Assembly (NCBI GenBank): GCA_963804165.1
Contig: CAWDPO010000002.1
Coordinates: 213,426 to 277,425, forward strand
DNA length: 64,000 bases
DNA from: an uncultured delta proteobacterium
Lineage (GTDB): Bacteria > Desulfobacterota > Binatia > UBA9968
Reading direction: 5' to 3'
Each line of letters starts with the position of its first letter. Within the stretch, counting starts at the first letter, position 1. The translations under genes and the position numbers were made by a program. This document shows, piece after piece, positions 1 to 10,913 of the stretch. Under the pieces are notes generated by a model. It saw nothing but the letters and a program-made list of their open reading frames with translations, had not been told where the DNA came from and did no database searches.

Positions 1-1012
1 AGTGCGCGTCGATGTGCGGATAATCCGTCGACACGACGAGATTATCGTCGCCGAGACGCTTCACCACGTCGGTGACCAGATATTCGTCAGGGTCCACCGA
101 AATAAAGCACTGCTGGAGAAAATAGTCACTCGGCTTGCGTGACAGCGGCACATCGGCCAATGGGCCGTGCAGCTCGGCCCGCTCGTCGAGCCGATAGAGG
201 AGCCAGGGCAGCCAGGCGCAGTTGCCTTCGAGAAACGCGACGCGCAGCTTGGGAAATTTTTCCAAAACGCCGCCGGCGCAAAAGCTCGACACCGCCTGAA
301 TCAGTTCCATGGGATTGCGCAACGCCAGGGCGACGATGTTGGCGTTGGGATGGCCGAAAAATTTGTTCGCCACCTGGTCCTGCTTGGGCCGCGCCGGTGG
401 ATGAAAACACAGGGCGACGCCAAGCTTTTCGATTTCCGTCCACAGCGGATCGAAGTAGCGGTCGTGAATGCGCCTGCCGTTAATCGGTTCCGGGCAGAGC
501 GACAATGCGCGAATGCCGAGTTCGGTCGCGACGCGACGCACCTCATCGACCGCAAGGTCGATGTCGTGCAACGTAATCAGCGCCGATGCCTTGAGTCGCT
601 TCGGATTCTCTTTGCAGAAATCCGCGATCCAGTCGTTCCACGCTTTGCAGAGATCGTTGGCGTACTCCGCCTCGAGGGTTTCGTCGCAGTGGAGCGGCGA
701 GGTGCGAAACAAAACCGCCACGTCCAAGCCTTCCCGGTCCATGGCCTCCACCTGAGAAACTGCGTCGTAATCGCGCGCAACTGCGAAGTCGTAGCGATCC
801 GCCACCTGTTTCTGGCCGTGATCGATGACGTCCGTGATTCCGCGCAGCGTCTCTCTGCCGCCGCCGATGGAGAACTCCACCCGGCCGTGCTTGCCGTTTC
901 GTTGGCCCCGCGGGATCCGCTCGCCCCACTTGGGATTCATGTACTTCTCGTAGAGATCAGCCGCGTCGTAGACGTGCATATCGCTATCGAAAGCACGAAA
1001 ACCATTCTTCAT
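1..1012 (-). CDS. Amidohydrolase family protein (Amidohydro_2/LigW-like), 3' end runs off the window
   Basis: Hand translation from ATG 1012 (AGGAG RBS): MKNGFRAFDSDMHVYD... ending ...KPSDYFLQQCFISVDPDE...DNLVVSTDYPHID. DxHV and STDYPH motifs present. The + strand ORF 167..1072 is its antisense shadow. Confidence 0.88.
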   Translation of the reverse strand, partial: MKNGFRAFDSDMHVYDAADLYEKYMNPKWGERIPRGQRNGKHGRVEFSIGGGRETLRGITDVIDHGQKQVADRYDFAVARDYDAVSQVEAMDREGLDVAVLFRTSPLHCDETLEAEYANDLCKAWNDWIADFCKENPKRLKASALITLHDIDLAVDEVRRVATELGIRALSLCPEPINGRRIHDRYFDPLWTEIEKLGVALCFHPPARPKQDQVANKFFGHPNANIVALALRNPMELIQAVSSFCAGGVLEKFPKLRVAFLEGNCAWLPWLLYRLDERAELHGPLADVPLSRKPSDYFLQQCFISVDPDEYLVTDVVKRLGDDNLVVSTDYPHIDAH

Positions 1013-1080
1013 AGACTCCTCCGGAAAACCTCGCGCGTATCAATTCCTATTTGCCGCGAGCTGTCACCTTAGCGCCGAAT

Positions 1081-1148
1081 TGGAGTAATGGAGTGTTGGA
1101 GTACTGCGCTTTCCGAAGCCCCATCACTCCATTACTCCAGCACTCCAA
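1081..1148. repeat. Inverted octamer tracts (TGGAGTRW x3 / reverse x3) forming an intergenic hairpin
   Basis: tggagtaatggagtgttggagta ... catcactccattactccagcactcca. Confidence 0.8.
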
Positions 1149-1150
1149 TT

Positions 1151-2104
1151 CTATCTCCTTATCCCCAGCTCCTTCTGGACTTCCTTTATGATGTTGAAGT
1201 CGGCAACTTCCGAATTCGCCACCGGCCGTTCGATCTTCATCGCTTCCCGGCCCTGATCGACGACCAGCTTTAAACCGCTTTCCGAGATGCCGCCGTCTTC
1301 GCTGAAGATTTTCCACGTCGAATCGTACGTCGCCGCTGCGCTCTCACGGTCAACCTTGACCCAATCCATCAGGGTTTGAATCGTCCCTTCGCGATTGGAC
1401 CGCACGAAGCGATTGGCCCGTAGCATAGCTTTGACCATGCGTTTCACTTCATCCGGCTTTTCCTTGAGTTTTTTTAGGTTAGTACCGACTCCGGTAAAAG
1501 GCATTTTGAAATGTTCATGGAACCGCGACAGCACGCGATAGCCGCTACGAAGCGCATCGCTGTCCGTCGGCGGCGATAGTACAGCAACATCGACGATGCC
1601 TTCCTTCAACGCCGCATAGCGCCCTCGCTCGGCGCCCAGCTGAACAATTTTTAGTTCTTTTTCCGGATCGACTCCGCCTTGTTTCATCATCATGCGCGCC
1701 GCGACGTCGGAAGTCGCACCATAATTGCTCACTGCAAGCGTTTTGCCTTTCAAATCGCGAATTGTTTTGTACTCCGGCCGGGCAATGAGAAGATGCGTCG
1801 AGCTGTCCATAAAGCTGGCCACCACTTTCATCGGCAGTCCGCGCAAAGCGCCACGCACCACCGAGGCGAACACCATCGTGTAGTCGATGTCACCGGTGCT
1901 GAGCGCCGTAACCGACACGTTGGCGTTCATGCGGATCAACTCAACCTCCAAACCTTCGTCGCGAAACATACCGCGCTTGACCGCCAGACCGCTGGTCAGA
2001 AACGACACGTCGATCGCCGATATCGACATCCGAACCTTGTCGGCAGCCTCGGCCGTGCTCGTCGCAATGACTAACGCTAGACATAAAATCGCTAAATGTT
2101 TCAT
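1151..2104 (-). CDS. ABC transporter substrate-binding protein, NMT1/THI5/SsuA-like
   Basis: Signal peptide MKHLAILCL..AEA, GMFRDEGLEVELI, DLKGKTLAV, VDVAVLSPP. Confidence 0.9.
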   Translation of the reverse strand: MKHLAILCLALVIATSTAEAADKVRMSISAIDVSFLTSGLAVKRGMFRDEGLEVELIRMNANVSVTALSTGDIDYTMVFASVVRGALRGLPMKVVASFMDSSTHLLIARPEYKTIRDLKGKTLAVSNYGATSDVAARMMMKQGGVDPEKELKIVQLGAERGRYAALKEGIVDVAVLSPPTDSDALRSGYRVLSRFHEHFKMPFTGVGTNLKKLKEKPDEVKRMVKAMLRANRFVRSNREGTIQTLMDWVKVDRESAAATYDSTWKIFSEDGGISESGLKLVVDQGREAMKIERPVANSEVADFNIIKEVQKELGIRR

Positions 2105-2164
2105 CAAAACCCCTTTCCTCTCACACCTCACCCACCACCCTTCATGCCTCACGTGCTCGTCCCT

Positions 2165-3754
2165 TCATGCCTTCACCCGGCGCCCTTTCGCCTTATCGCC
2201 GGTGACGAAATGTTCTCCGCGCACCGCCAGCGCCGCTTCTTCCTCATCTTCCGGTGTCCACGCGCCCAGGCTGTAGCCGTGCCACGGTTTTTTCGGCGTC
2301 AGCTCCGGCAGACCTAACTCCTCCCAAATCTCCTTGGCATTTTCCATGAACTCTTTGCGCGGTAGAGACACGGGCGGGTAAGGCCAAGGCCGGGTTGCGT
2401 TGATCAATAGCGCCGAAGTCGACGACACACGGCTGACATGAGTCGGCACGCCCGGCGGATAGGCGGACGGATCGAGGCCTGGGGATTTCCCATGCGCGAT
2501 GGCAACGTCCTTTTCCGGCCGCACGTTATAACAAATCGCCCAGTTGATCATCGCCGGATCCCAAATATCGACGTCGTCATCCACGGCCACGCAGATCTTG
2601 GCGTAGCTGCCGACAAAACCCGCGCTGGCATTGAGCGCGCGCCACGCGTCCGCGTCGGTGGGATTTTTCATCTTGATCACGCAATACGCCTGGCCGCTGC
2701 CGCTCACCTCGTCGTGAATCGCCACGTCGGTCACCGCCGAGTTGCCGCTGTCGACGCGAAGAAACTTGTAGATCACCTTTTCCGTGCCGGTGTGCTTGAT
2801 CTTGCTCGACTCGCTCGGCGGAAACTGGCTCATCAGCGCCGTGTAGATTGCATCGCGCCGGTGCGTGATGCAAGTAACGTCCATAAACGGCGCAACACCG
2901 CGTTGCCCCATGTAGCCCGGGTATTCTCCGAACGGTCCTTCGGGCTCGATCCACTCCGTCGAAATCTTTCCCTCGATGATGATCTCCGCCGTCGCCGGAA
3001 CCAGCAAATCGACCGTCTTGCATTGAATCACGGGGATCGGCTCGCCGGCGAGTCCGCCCGCCAGCCGATACTCGTCGAAATCGTACGGTAACTTGGCTGT
3101 AGCGGCGTAAGCGATCGCCGGCACCACGCCGATGACAATGGCCGCTTCGAGCGGAATGCCTTTGGCCTTGCATTTCTGCCAGTGCGTTCCCATGTGCTGA
3201 CCGAGAAACAGTCCGCCGTTTCGGTTCGGCGCTTTGATCTGACTCCGGTAGTTGCCGATGTTGTAGGTACCGGATTCCGGATCTTTGGTGACCCAGTTGG
3301 CCGACGTGAGATACGGCGCGTTGTCGAAGCCCGGCGTCGATATCGGCACCGGCAACATGTCGAGCCCGTGGCCGTTCAAGAGATCATCGCCCTGCCAAAT
3401 CACTTCTTGTGCCGGACCGGCGCCGACCTTTGCGGGCTCCAGTGGACGCATTTGCGCGTTGGTCCAGCGTTCGTGGATCTGCTCCGCTTCGCATTTTAGA
3501 CCGAGAGCATAAATTTCCGTCGAGGCCGCCAGCGTGCCCACGGTCACGGGCATCGTGTACCTTTTCCCCTTCACGTCGATCACATTCTCAAACAGAAATG
3601 CCTTGCGCTTTTTCTCCTCCAGACCGCGGAACTGCCAACGCACCAGCGGCATCAGCTGCGTGTCTTTGTTGATTTGCTTCTTGATACGAAAGAGTTTATC
3701 CCGCTCTTCGAGCGCCTTTAGGTGCTCGCGCACGTCTTTGTAGTAACTCGTCAT
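2165..3754 (-). CDS. UbiD family (prFMN-dependent) decarboxylase
   Basis: 529 aa; GNYR, DLLVPATAEIIIEG, EGPFGEYPG, VDDDVDIWD motifs. Confidence 0.93.
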   Translation of the reverse strand: MTSYYKDVREHLKALEERDKLFRIKKQINKDTQLMPLVRWQFRGLEEKKRKAFLFENVIDVKGKRYTMPVTVGTLAASTEIYALGLKCEAEQIHERWTNAQMRPLEPAKVGAGPAQEVIWQGDDLLNGHGLDMLPVPISTPGFDNAPYLTSANWVTKDPESGTYNIGNYRSQIKAPNRNGGLFLGQHMGTHWQKCKAKGIPLEAAIVIGVVPAIAYAATAKLPYDFDEYRLAGGLAGEPIPVIQCKTVDLLVPATAEIIIEGKISTEWIEPEGPFGEYPGYMGQRGVAPFMDVTCITHRRDAIYTALMSQFPPSESSKIKHTGTEKVIYKFLRVDSGNSAVTDVAIHDEVSGSGQAYCVIKMKNPTDADAWRALNASAGFVGSYAKICVAVDDDVDIWDPAMINWAICYNVRPEKDVAIAHGKSPGLDPSAYPPGVPTHVSRVSSTSALLINATRPWPYPPVSLPRKEFMENAKEIWEELGLPELTPKKPWHGYSLGAWTPEDEEEAALAVRGEHFVTGDKAKGRRVKA

Positions 3755-3783
3755 GACGATCTCCCTTTGAATTGAACGGGATA

Positions 3784-3989
3784 CTAGTGTCCTGTCTCAG
3801 AAGTTCGCGACATAAATCTCGCGTCATTCCGTCGGAAAATCTCCCCTTCCCCTCTTTGGCAAAGAGGGGTGAGAATCGCACGGAGAAAATTCCCCCTTTG
3901 AAAAAGGGGGACAAAGGGGGATTTGAGTTCAACTTCAGTGGCTGCCATCGTTTGGACTTTTTAAACGAACTTCTGAGACGCCACACTAG
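3784..3989. mobile_element. MITE copy 1 (imperfect 20-bp TIRs, CTAG at both ends, internal CCCCTTTGAAAAAGGGGG hairpins)
   Basis: CTAG-TGTCCTGTCTCAGAAGTTCG ... CGAACTTCTGAGACGCCACA-CTAG; near-identical copy at 10129..10331. Confidence 0.85.
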
Positions 3990-4081
3990 CCCAAAGACTC
4001 AGAAGTGAAAAGAATCACGGGAAGATCAACGAATCGAGATTCGTCTTTTGAGTCCAGTAAACCTTTTGAATATCGGCATAA

Positions 4082-5227
4082 TTAGGGATTGGCTCGTACA
4101 CCACTGTCATTTTCAACCGAAGGGAGATCTTTCCCAGTTCGTTCGTAATGACAAGCATATGAGGTAAAGAACGGTAGGAGCCGCGGCAACCTAACGCGCT
4201 CTGACGTCGACAATTTTCTTCTTGAACTGTTTGAACGTTTTGAACGACTTGAACTCCTCAATCTTCTAAAGATCAACGTATTCGGCGCGAATAGCTCTTC
4301 CAGCGGCATCTTCCTATCCGCAAGTCCCTGCTCATAGAGATAGCCCGCCAGCGTTTCCACCACGTGGCGATTCTTTTCCAGACCATACGGCCACGGATCG
4401 TCGCCGAGGATTTGTTGCTGTTCCTCCACCGGCCCGCGGAACCACGCCAGACTGATCTTATACGGCGACAAATCCTTCAGCCTCGCGTAGGCGTCTTCCT
4501 TGGCGCGCTGGAATGCCTTGAACATGCTGCGCGCGATCCAGGGATGCTCTTCCCACACATCTTGCCGCAGCGCGACCGAGTGCATGATCGGGAAGATGCC
4601 GGTCTTCTTGTAATAATCCGCTTCGACTTTCGGCGCGTCCTGGAACAAACGGCGTATATGTGGCGGCGGATCGAACAGTGACGGAAACAGACTGGGAACC
4701 ATGATCGCGTCCAGCTCGCCGTCAAAAAACATCTGATCGGGCTTTCGATCCGGCGTGATTTGCTTGACCGTGTAGCGTTTTGGTAGCTCCATGGCCATCC
4801 GCGGGTGCGGCGTCCAAAGATGCCACTCGATATCCTCCAGCTTCACGCCGTATTCGTGCTGCAGCATGCCGCGCATCCACACCGTCGCCGTTTGTTGAAA
4901 CTCGCCCAAACCGACGCGCTTCCCCATCAGGTCTTTAGGCTCGCGGATACCGCTCTTGGTGTTGATGAAAATGTAGGAATGGCGAAAAGCCCGCGCGGGA
5001 AAGACCGGAATCGCCGTGAGCGGCTTGCCCATATTCTTTGACGTAATGTACGACGATAGGGAAATCTCCGATGCATCGAAATCGTAGTAGTTCAGCATCC
5101 GCGTCCAGATTTCCAGATGCGGCAGCACGAGCCAGTTGAGCTCGATGCCCTCCGGCTTGATGGAGCCATCGATCAGGGGATGCGTTCGATCATAGTCGCC
5201 GCAGGCGATGGTGAGTTGAAGTGACAT
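4082..5227 (-). CDS. 4,5-dihydroxyphthalate decarboxylase-like (PhtD/OphC-like) protein; true stop probably ~4266 (terminal frameshift)
   Basis: MSLQLTIACGDYDRT..L.DG.IKPEGIEL, FDASEISLSSY, IPVFPARAFRHS, YYKKTGIFPIMH, DPWPYGLEKN. Confidence 0.82.
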   Translation of the reverse strand: MSLQLTIACGDYDRTHPLIDGSIKPEGIELNWLVLPHLEIWTRMLNYYDFDASEISLSSYITSKNMGKPLTAIPVFPARAFRHSYIFINTKSGIREPKDLMGKRVGLGEFQQTATVWMRGMLQHEYGVKLEDIEWHLWTPHPRMAMELPKRYTVKQITPDRKPDQMFFDGELDAIMVPSLFPSLFDPPPHIRRLFQDAPKVEADYYKKTGIFPIMHSVALRQDVWEEHPWIARSMFKAFQRAKEDAYARLKDLSPYKISLAWFRGPVEEQQQILGDDPWPYGLEKNRHVVETLAGYLYEQGLADRKMPLEELFAPNTLIFRRLRSSSRSKRSNSSRRKLSTSERVRLPRLLPFFTSYACHYERTGKDLPSVENDSGVRANP

Positions 5228-5278
5228 TGGTGTCTCCTACTCTCAGCTACTTTCTTGACCTAAGTCCCTCTCCTAATC

Positions 5279-5347
5279 CGTCATTCCCGTGAAAACGGGA
5301 ATCTAGCGCTATTCCGAACCTGGACTCCCGCCTCCGCGGGAGTGACG
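5279..5347. repeat. REP-like doublet (GTCATTCCCG..CGGGAATC / GGACTCCCG..CGGGAGTGAC)
   Basis: Two stem-loops in inverted arrangement, intergenic. Confidence 0.75.
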
Positions 5348-5379
5348 ATCGTTAGAGCGGCACGCGGCCAATGAAATAC

Positions 5380-6783
5380 CTAGGACAGTTGCTCTCCCCA
5401 CTTTCCCAGAATCCTCTCGCGCAGTTCTTTGCTCGAACGCGACACCTGCGGGAAGGTATCCTTCCACTCGTAGGGCCGAGTGGCGTCGATGATAGCTCGC
5501 GAGTTGAAACCCTTTTTGTCTTTATGAATGATCGGATCCAACGGTCCGCTCCAACAGCGGCGCAGGATCTCGATATCGACCGAAGGATCGGAGCGTGTGC
5601 ACACCGCCCACAAAACTTCGTTCAAGTTGGTCGGATCGATATCATCGTCGACCACGATCGTATAACGGCCCAAATAAGCGGCCGCGTGACATTCCGTCGC
5701 GACCAATCCGGCTTGGCGCGCGTGTCCCGGATAGCGCTGTTTAATCGCCACGACCAAAAACAAATACGCCGCGCCCGCCGCCTCGTGATACCACACGCCG
5801 CGCACGTCCGGTACGCCGGCACCATCCAAATCGTCCCACACCAGCGCAGCCTTGAGCGGCGCCCGCCACTTGCGCGTGTAGCCGAGCAGGATCGGATCAT
5901 TGCGATGCATGACATTGTGAATTTTTACAATCGGTTCCGGCCGTGACGAGCTGCCGTAATATCCCGTCCATTCGCCGAATGGCCCTTCGATTTTTTCGGG
6001 CCCCGGCACGCACTCGCCTTCCAAGACGATTTCCGCGGTCGCGGGAATCGGCAGTCCGGTGAATTCGCCGCGAATCACATCCACCGGCTCGCCCTGAATG
6101 CCGCCGATGAAATCGTACTCGCAAACTCCGTAAGGAACCTCGAGCGCGCCAGCGAGAAAGATCAACGGATCGTGCCCGACGGAGATCGCGACCTTGAACG
6201 GCTCCCCACGGGCAAACGCTTTGTCGCGATGGATCCGGCCGTGACGTCCCGGCGCAATATAAAATCCCACGGTATTTTCGTCGTGAATCATGACACGTGC
6301 CGTACCCAGGTTGGTCCAGCCTTCTTCGGGATCGTGCGTAATATTCACACTGCCGGTGCCGATATATCTGCCGCCGTCGAGCTCGAACCAGCGTGGTGTC
6401 GGGAACCCCAGGATGTTCACATCTTTACCGCGCTGAATATTCTCCAGCACCGGCCCGTCGCGCACCACGCGAGGCGGGATATGCTTCAAATCCTTCGATC
6501 GCCGGCGCCACTCGGAGACGAATTCCATGGAGCTGAGGTTTTGCGCCATCCCGAGACTCAAGCCGAGCCGCCTAGTCGAGCCCAGCGAGTTGACCAGAAC
6601 GCGATAACCCTTGGGATAGCCTTTCACGGAGTCGAACAGCACCGCCGGGGAGCTGCCGCGTTCGTTGACGATATCCGCAACCCCGCCGATTTCTAAGTCC
6701 CAATCCGCCCCTTCTATGGTTCTGATCTCGCCCAATGCGTCGGCTTGTTCAAGCCAGCTTCTCATACCGTCTGGTTGTTTCAT
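5380..6783 (-). CDS. UbiD family decarboxylase
   Basis: 467 aa; DGGRYIGT, LPIPATAEIVLEG, EGPFGEWTGYY, VVDDDIDP, IIDATRPYEW. Confidence 0.93.
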   Translation of the reverse strand: MKQPDGMRSWLEQADALGEIRTIEGADWDLEIGGVADIVNERGSSPAVLFDSVKGYPKGYRVLVNSLGSTRRLGLSLGMAQNLSSMEFVSEWRRRSKDLKHIPPRVVRDGPVLENIQRGKDVNILGFPTPRWFELDGGRYIGTGSVNITHDPEEGWTNLGTARVMIHDENTVGFYIAPGRHGRIHRDKAFARGEPFKVAISVGHDPLIFLAGALEVPYGVCEYDFIGGIQGEPVDVIRGEFTGLPIPATAEIVLEGECVPGPEKIEGPFGEWTGYYGSSSRPEPIVKIHNVMHRNDPILLGYTRKWRAPLKAALVWDDLDGAGVPDVRGVWYHEAAGAAYLFLVVAIKQRYPGHARQAGLVATECHAAAYLGRYTIVVDDDIDPTNLNEVLWAVCTRSDPSVDIEILRRCWSGPLDPIIHKDKKGFNSRAIIDATRPYEWKDTFPQVSRSSKELRERILGKWGEQLS

Positions 6784-6801
6784 GCTTTCACCCTGTGAAC
6801 C

Positions 6802-6898
6802 CGTTCAATGTTCCATGTTCAAGGTTCAACGTCGAAATACGAAGCACATTCGGCATTGCCGAAAGAACATTGAACATTGAACCTTGAACTTTGAACGA
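6802..6898. repeat. Inverted GTTCAA-heptamer tracts (hairpin)
   Basis: gttcaatgttccatgttcaaggttcaac ... ttgaacattgaaccttgaactttgaac. Confidence 0.8.
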
Positions 6899-6903
6899 TC
6901 TAT

Positions 6904-7854
6904 TCAGAATCCCTTCTGCACTTCGTGCAGCAGCCGCAAGTCGAGCACCCGGGAAAGCGGCGTTTCTTCCTTGAGCGCCAGGCGCTCGGTTTCGCGCTTC
7001 AGCGCATCGCGAATACCTTTTTCATCCATGCCGCCCTCCTTGGAAAAAGCGGGGAGCATCGACTTGTAAAGCTCATCGGCCAACGCCGTATCCACGCCCC
7101 ACTCCTTGGCGATGAATTGCATCGACTCAGCGGGCCGTTGCTGAATAAACCGCAGGCTCTTGATGGTCGCGGTTAGAATTCGTTTTACCAGATCGGGCCG
7201 TTCGCGAATCATCTTGTCCGAAGTGCCGACTCCGGAAAGCGATTGCTCCACGTAATCACCAAAATACGACAAGGTGCGATAGCCCATTTGTTTTGCCATG
7301 GCGTTAAACGGCGGTGACAAGACTCCAGCGTCGACGGTGCCGGCTTTCATCGCCGTGAGAATATTTGCCGTCGTACCGGTCCCGAGCAACGCTACATCGC
7401 GATCCGGCGTCAGACCATTTTTGCTCAGGAGAAAACGCGCGAGAGTGTCCGTGGAAGAACCGATCGCGGTGATCCCGATAACTTTCTTTTTCAGCTCGGC
7501 CATCGACTTGATCTCGGGTTTCGCCATCAGCCAGAAAGAAGGCTTGATCGTGAGAAATCCGACGACTTTCACCGCCAACCCACGCGCCGCACCGGCCATC
7601 ACCTGGGATTGCGCGCCGGAAAAATCGATGTCGCCGGTGGTCAGCGCGGCGACTTGGATCGTTGACGCGACCAGCACCATCTGCAGATCGATGCCCTCGG
7701 CCTGAAAGATTCCTTTGTCGCGTCCCATCGTGATCGGTAAATAATTCAAGCTTTTCGCGGGATAGGCAAAGCGGACTCGATCGGCGGCGAGACTTTGCGA
7801 CGGATTATTGATCAATGCAAGCAGCAGACTAAAAGCTACAACAAGAATTTTCAC
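6904..7854 (-). CDS. ABC substrate-binding protein, NMT1/THI5-like
   Basis: Signal peptide, GIFQAEGIDLQMV, VDAGVLSPPF. Confidence 0.9.
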   Translation of the reverse strand: MKILVVAFSLLLALINNPSQSLAADRVRFAYPAKSLNYLPITMGRDKGIFQAEGIDLQMVLVASTIQVAALTTGDIDFSGAQSQVMAGAARGLAVKVVGFLTIKPSFWLMAKPEIKSMAELKKKVIGITAIGSSTDTLARFLLSKNGLTPDRDVALLGTGTTANILTAMKAGTVDAGVLSPPFNAMAKQMGYRTLSYFGDYVEQSLSGVGTSDKMIRERPDLVKRILTATIKSLRFIQQRPAESMQFIAKEWGVDTALADELYKSMLPAFSKEGGMDEKGIRDALKRETERLALKEETPLSRVLDLRLLHEVQKGF

Positions 7855-7884
7855 CGTGAAACCTCATTGCCCCTCCCCGCTCCG

Positions 7885-7987
7885 AAACCCCTCTTTAGCA
7901 AAGAGGGGCAAGGGGAGATTTTCTTCCAGCAGGTCGTTCGCCAACGAATAAAATCCCCCTCTGTCCCCCTTTGAAAAAAGGGGGATA
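7885..7987. repeat. CCCCTCTTT..AAAGAGGGG / CCCCCTTTGAAAAAAGGGGG hairpin repeats (same family as the MITE interior)
   Basis: Direct inspection; also at 14254-14482. Confidence 0.75.
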
Positions 7988-8009
7988 TTGGATCTCGAAC
8001 GGCGCGTGG

Positions 8010-9157
8010 TCAGCGCATCCCCAACTCATTCAACGCTTCTCTCAGCATCGCGAAGTCGACGACTTTACCCACTGGCACGGCTTCCTTCACCTGCTGATCT
8101 TTACGCGCTCGCTCGATGTCGGATTCGAGCACCCGTTCCGGAACTATTCCATTCAAGCTCATACCTTTGACGTAGATGTCGTAGGAGGCCTGAGCGATTT
8201 TTGCTTCAAGTTTGAGCCAGTCGGCAATCACGCGCACGCTTTCCGTTTGGTTGTTTTTGATAAAAGTTTGCGCCTTCAAAAGCGCCCGCAACATTTTCTT
8301 GACCTGCGCCGGCTTCTCTCGGAGCGTATCCAGGTGCAATGCCAGGCCGGAGACGCTGGTCTCGAAGACATCGGCCGCGGCCATCAGGCGCACAAAGCCT
8401 TTGCTCTCGGCCTCGAAATTAAAAGGCGGCGGCACGATCGCGGCATCCATTTTACCGGCGAGCAAAGCCTGCAACCTTTGTCCGCTGCCCGAAACCTGGA
8501 ACGCCTGCACGTCTTTTTCCAATTCCATTCCCGCCTGCCGGAGCATGGCGCGCAGCATAAATTCAGTGGAATCCCCGTAGCCGGCAAAGCCGATCACCTT
8601 CCGCCGCAGATCCGTCAGCGTCTTGAGTTCTGGCTTGGCGACGAGAACATGGAGCGGACGACCATTAAAATACGTAACCACTTTGAGCGGCAAGCCTTTG
8701 ACGGCGCTGCGCAGTCCGGCGCCCACCGCCGTGGTATATAGCCGATCTCTTTGGTCGTTACGGCGACAATCCCGACATTGGTGGCGATACGGATAATCTC
8801 GGCATCGATCCCTTCCTCGCGAAAGAATCCCCTTGCGTAGCCAACCTGCGGCGCGATGAAGCTCAACGAAAGGCTCGGCATGCCGATACGCACTTTTTCC
8901 AATGTCTGGGCCGTGCTGAATTCTGCGCGTGCCAAGGTCAGCCCAAAGACTAAAAGGAACGGCAGTGCGAGGCGCTTCCTACGAGCCGGCGTTAGATAGC
9001 TGCTTCCGCCATTCCTGCGTCCTCCGAAATCCAGGTTCTGCGTTTTTGCCGCTGGGGGCCGCGTCCGGATACCAGCGTGCGCGGGCATAACGAGTTTGAT
9101 CTCTGTCATCCTCGCTCCAGGCAGCCTGGTCATGTGAACATGATTCTGATCCCTCAT
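8010..9157 (-). CDS. ABC substrate-binding protein, NMT1/THI5-like (frameshift ~8737; start uncertain)
   Basis: ORFs 8615..9157 (KVRIGMPSLS..GFFREEGIDAEI) and 8010..8726 (GLPLKVV..MDAAIVPPPF) join into one SBP. Confidence 0.8.
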
Positions 9158-10121
9158 CTCCCTTTGATCCCCAGTTCTTTCTGCGCTTCCCGCAGCAGCG
9201 TCGTATCCGCAACCTCACCGACAGTGACTTGCCGTGTCAATTTAGTTTCCTTCACGGCCTGATCGATCACGGCGAGCAGACCCTCGTCTGGAATACTGCC
9301 GTCGAGATTATAGACTTTGAAAGCGGAATCATACGCAGCCGCCGCTAGCGACGGCGACGTCCGGCCCCAATCGACCAGCGTTTGGATAGTCCCCTCACGG
9401 TTTTGACGGATGAAACGATTGGCCTTGATCAACGCCTTGATGGTTCGTCTGACCTCGTCGGGCCGTTCCTTGATTTTTCTCGTGTGTGTGCCGAGTCCGA
9501 CAAAGGGAAAACTGAATAATTCGTAGGCTCTCGCCAGTACGTTAAACCCCAGTTTCCGCGCTTCTTCATCAGCCGGCGGCGACATCACCGCAGCTTCAAC
9601 TACGCCCTCTTTCAAAGCCGATAACCGAGCGGCGGCGGGTCCCAGCGCGACGACTTTGACATCTTTCTCAGCGTCGACGCCGAAGTGCTTTAACATCATC
9701 GTTGCCGCAACCTGGTCGGTGGCGCCGTAGGCTTGAATGCCAAGGGTCTTTCCTTTGAGATCCCTGGCGGATTTGAATTCCGGCCGTGTGATGAGCGCGT
9801 GGTCGAACCGTCGATCAAACTGGCCACGACTCTTACCGGCAAGCCGCGTATCGCGGCGCGCACCACTGAACCGAAGATCATCGTGTAATCCGTGTCGCCG
9901 CTCGCCAGCGCCGTGATCGCCACGTTGGCGTTCATGCGAATCACTTCCGCCTCGATGCCCTCCTCTTTGAAAACACCCCTCCTTACCGCTAATCCCGACG
10001 GCAAAAAGCTCATGTTGAAATTGGTCACCGAAATTCGAATCTTGTCGGCAGCCATCGCCCAATTCGGCGGCGCGCCGACCAGCCCAATGAGAGACAACAC
10101 CGCAAAGAACAAATTTTGCAT
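9154..10121 (-). CDS. ABC substrate-binding protein, NMT1/THI5-like (frameshift ~9800)
   Basis: MQNLFFAV..ADKIRISV..GVFKEEGIEAEVIRMNANV joins HALITRPEFKSARDLKGKTLG; close paralog of 1151..2104. Confidence 0.85.
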
Positions 10122-10128
10122 CAGGGAA

Positions 10129-10331
10129 CTAGCGTCCTGTCTCAGAAGTTCGCGACATAATTCTCGCGTCATTCCGTCGGAAAATCTCCCCTTCCCCTCT
10201 TTGGCAAAGAGGGGTGAGAATCGCACGGAGAAAATTCCCCCTTTGAAAAAGGGGGACAAAGGGGGATTTGAGTTCAACAGTGGCTGCCATCGTTTGGACT
10301 TTTTAAACGAACTTCTGAGACGCCACACTAG
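10129..10331. mobile_element. MITE copy 2
   Basis: Same TIRs and CTAG ends; 3 bp shorter than copy 1. Confidence 0.85.
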
Positions 10332-10336
10332 ACCTT

Positions 10337-10819
10337 TCACTTTGGATATTCTTGAGCAGCTTCGAGAATCGATTGCGCGATCGCACCATAGGCGCCGCAG
10401 CGGCAGATATTACCGCTGAGCCATTCGGCGATCTGTGCGCGGGTGGGATGGGGATTTTCAATTAACAGCGCCTTCGCCGCCATGATTTGCCCCGGCGTAC
10501 AGTAGCCACACTGCGCGCCGATGTTGCGGATGAACGCTTCTTGGAGTGGATCCAACGTATCGTTCTGCGCTACGCCTTCGATGGTAAGAATCGATTTTTC
10601 GTGCGCCTCGAAAGCTAAATAGTTACACGAGCTCACCGGCCGGTTATCGACCAATACCGTGCAAGCACCGCAAACTTCGGATTCACAAGAGCGCTTCGTG
10701 CCCGTCAGCCGCAGGCGGTTACGAAGAAATTCCAGCAATGTTTCCTCGATGGCAACCGAGCCGGACCAAGGTTTGCCGTTGACTGTGAGCGATAGATTGA
10801 ATGTGGTTTGAGGTATCAT
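10337..10819 (-). CDS. (2Fe-2S)-binding small subunit, xanthine dehydrogenase/CoxS family
   Basis: LTGTKRSCESEVCGACTV, QCGYCTPG, GNICRCG. Confidence 0.93.
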   Translation of the reverse strand: MIPQTTFNLSLTVNGKPWSGSVAIEETLLEFLRNRLRLTGTKRSCESEVCGACTVLVDNRPVSSCNYLAFEAHEKSILTIEGVAQNDTLDPLQEAFIRNIGAQCGYCTPGQIMAAKALLIENPHPTRAQIAEWLSGNICRCGAYGAIAQSILEAAQEYPK

Positions 10820-10913
10820 GCGGAATAATTAGCTTCCTCACTTCGGTAGAAATGGCGTCGCGTTGTCATCCTGAACAGAGTGAAGGATCTGCTTTCTCTG
10901 AAACCTACCATCA

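Noticed and set aside
167-1072. 301-aa + strand ORF and other long antisense ORFs (e.g. 7971..8741, 36388..37446, 47090..48127, 61142..62509)
   Set aside because: Shadows of real minus-strand genes in GC-rich DNA.
3696-10419. Duplicated 'SPFFKGG' small proteins (3696..3986, 3772..4008, N-terminus of 9696..10340)
   Set aside because: Translations of the MITE, not genes.
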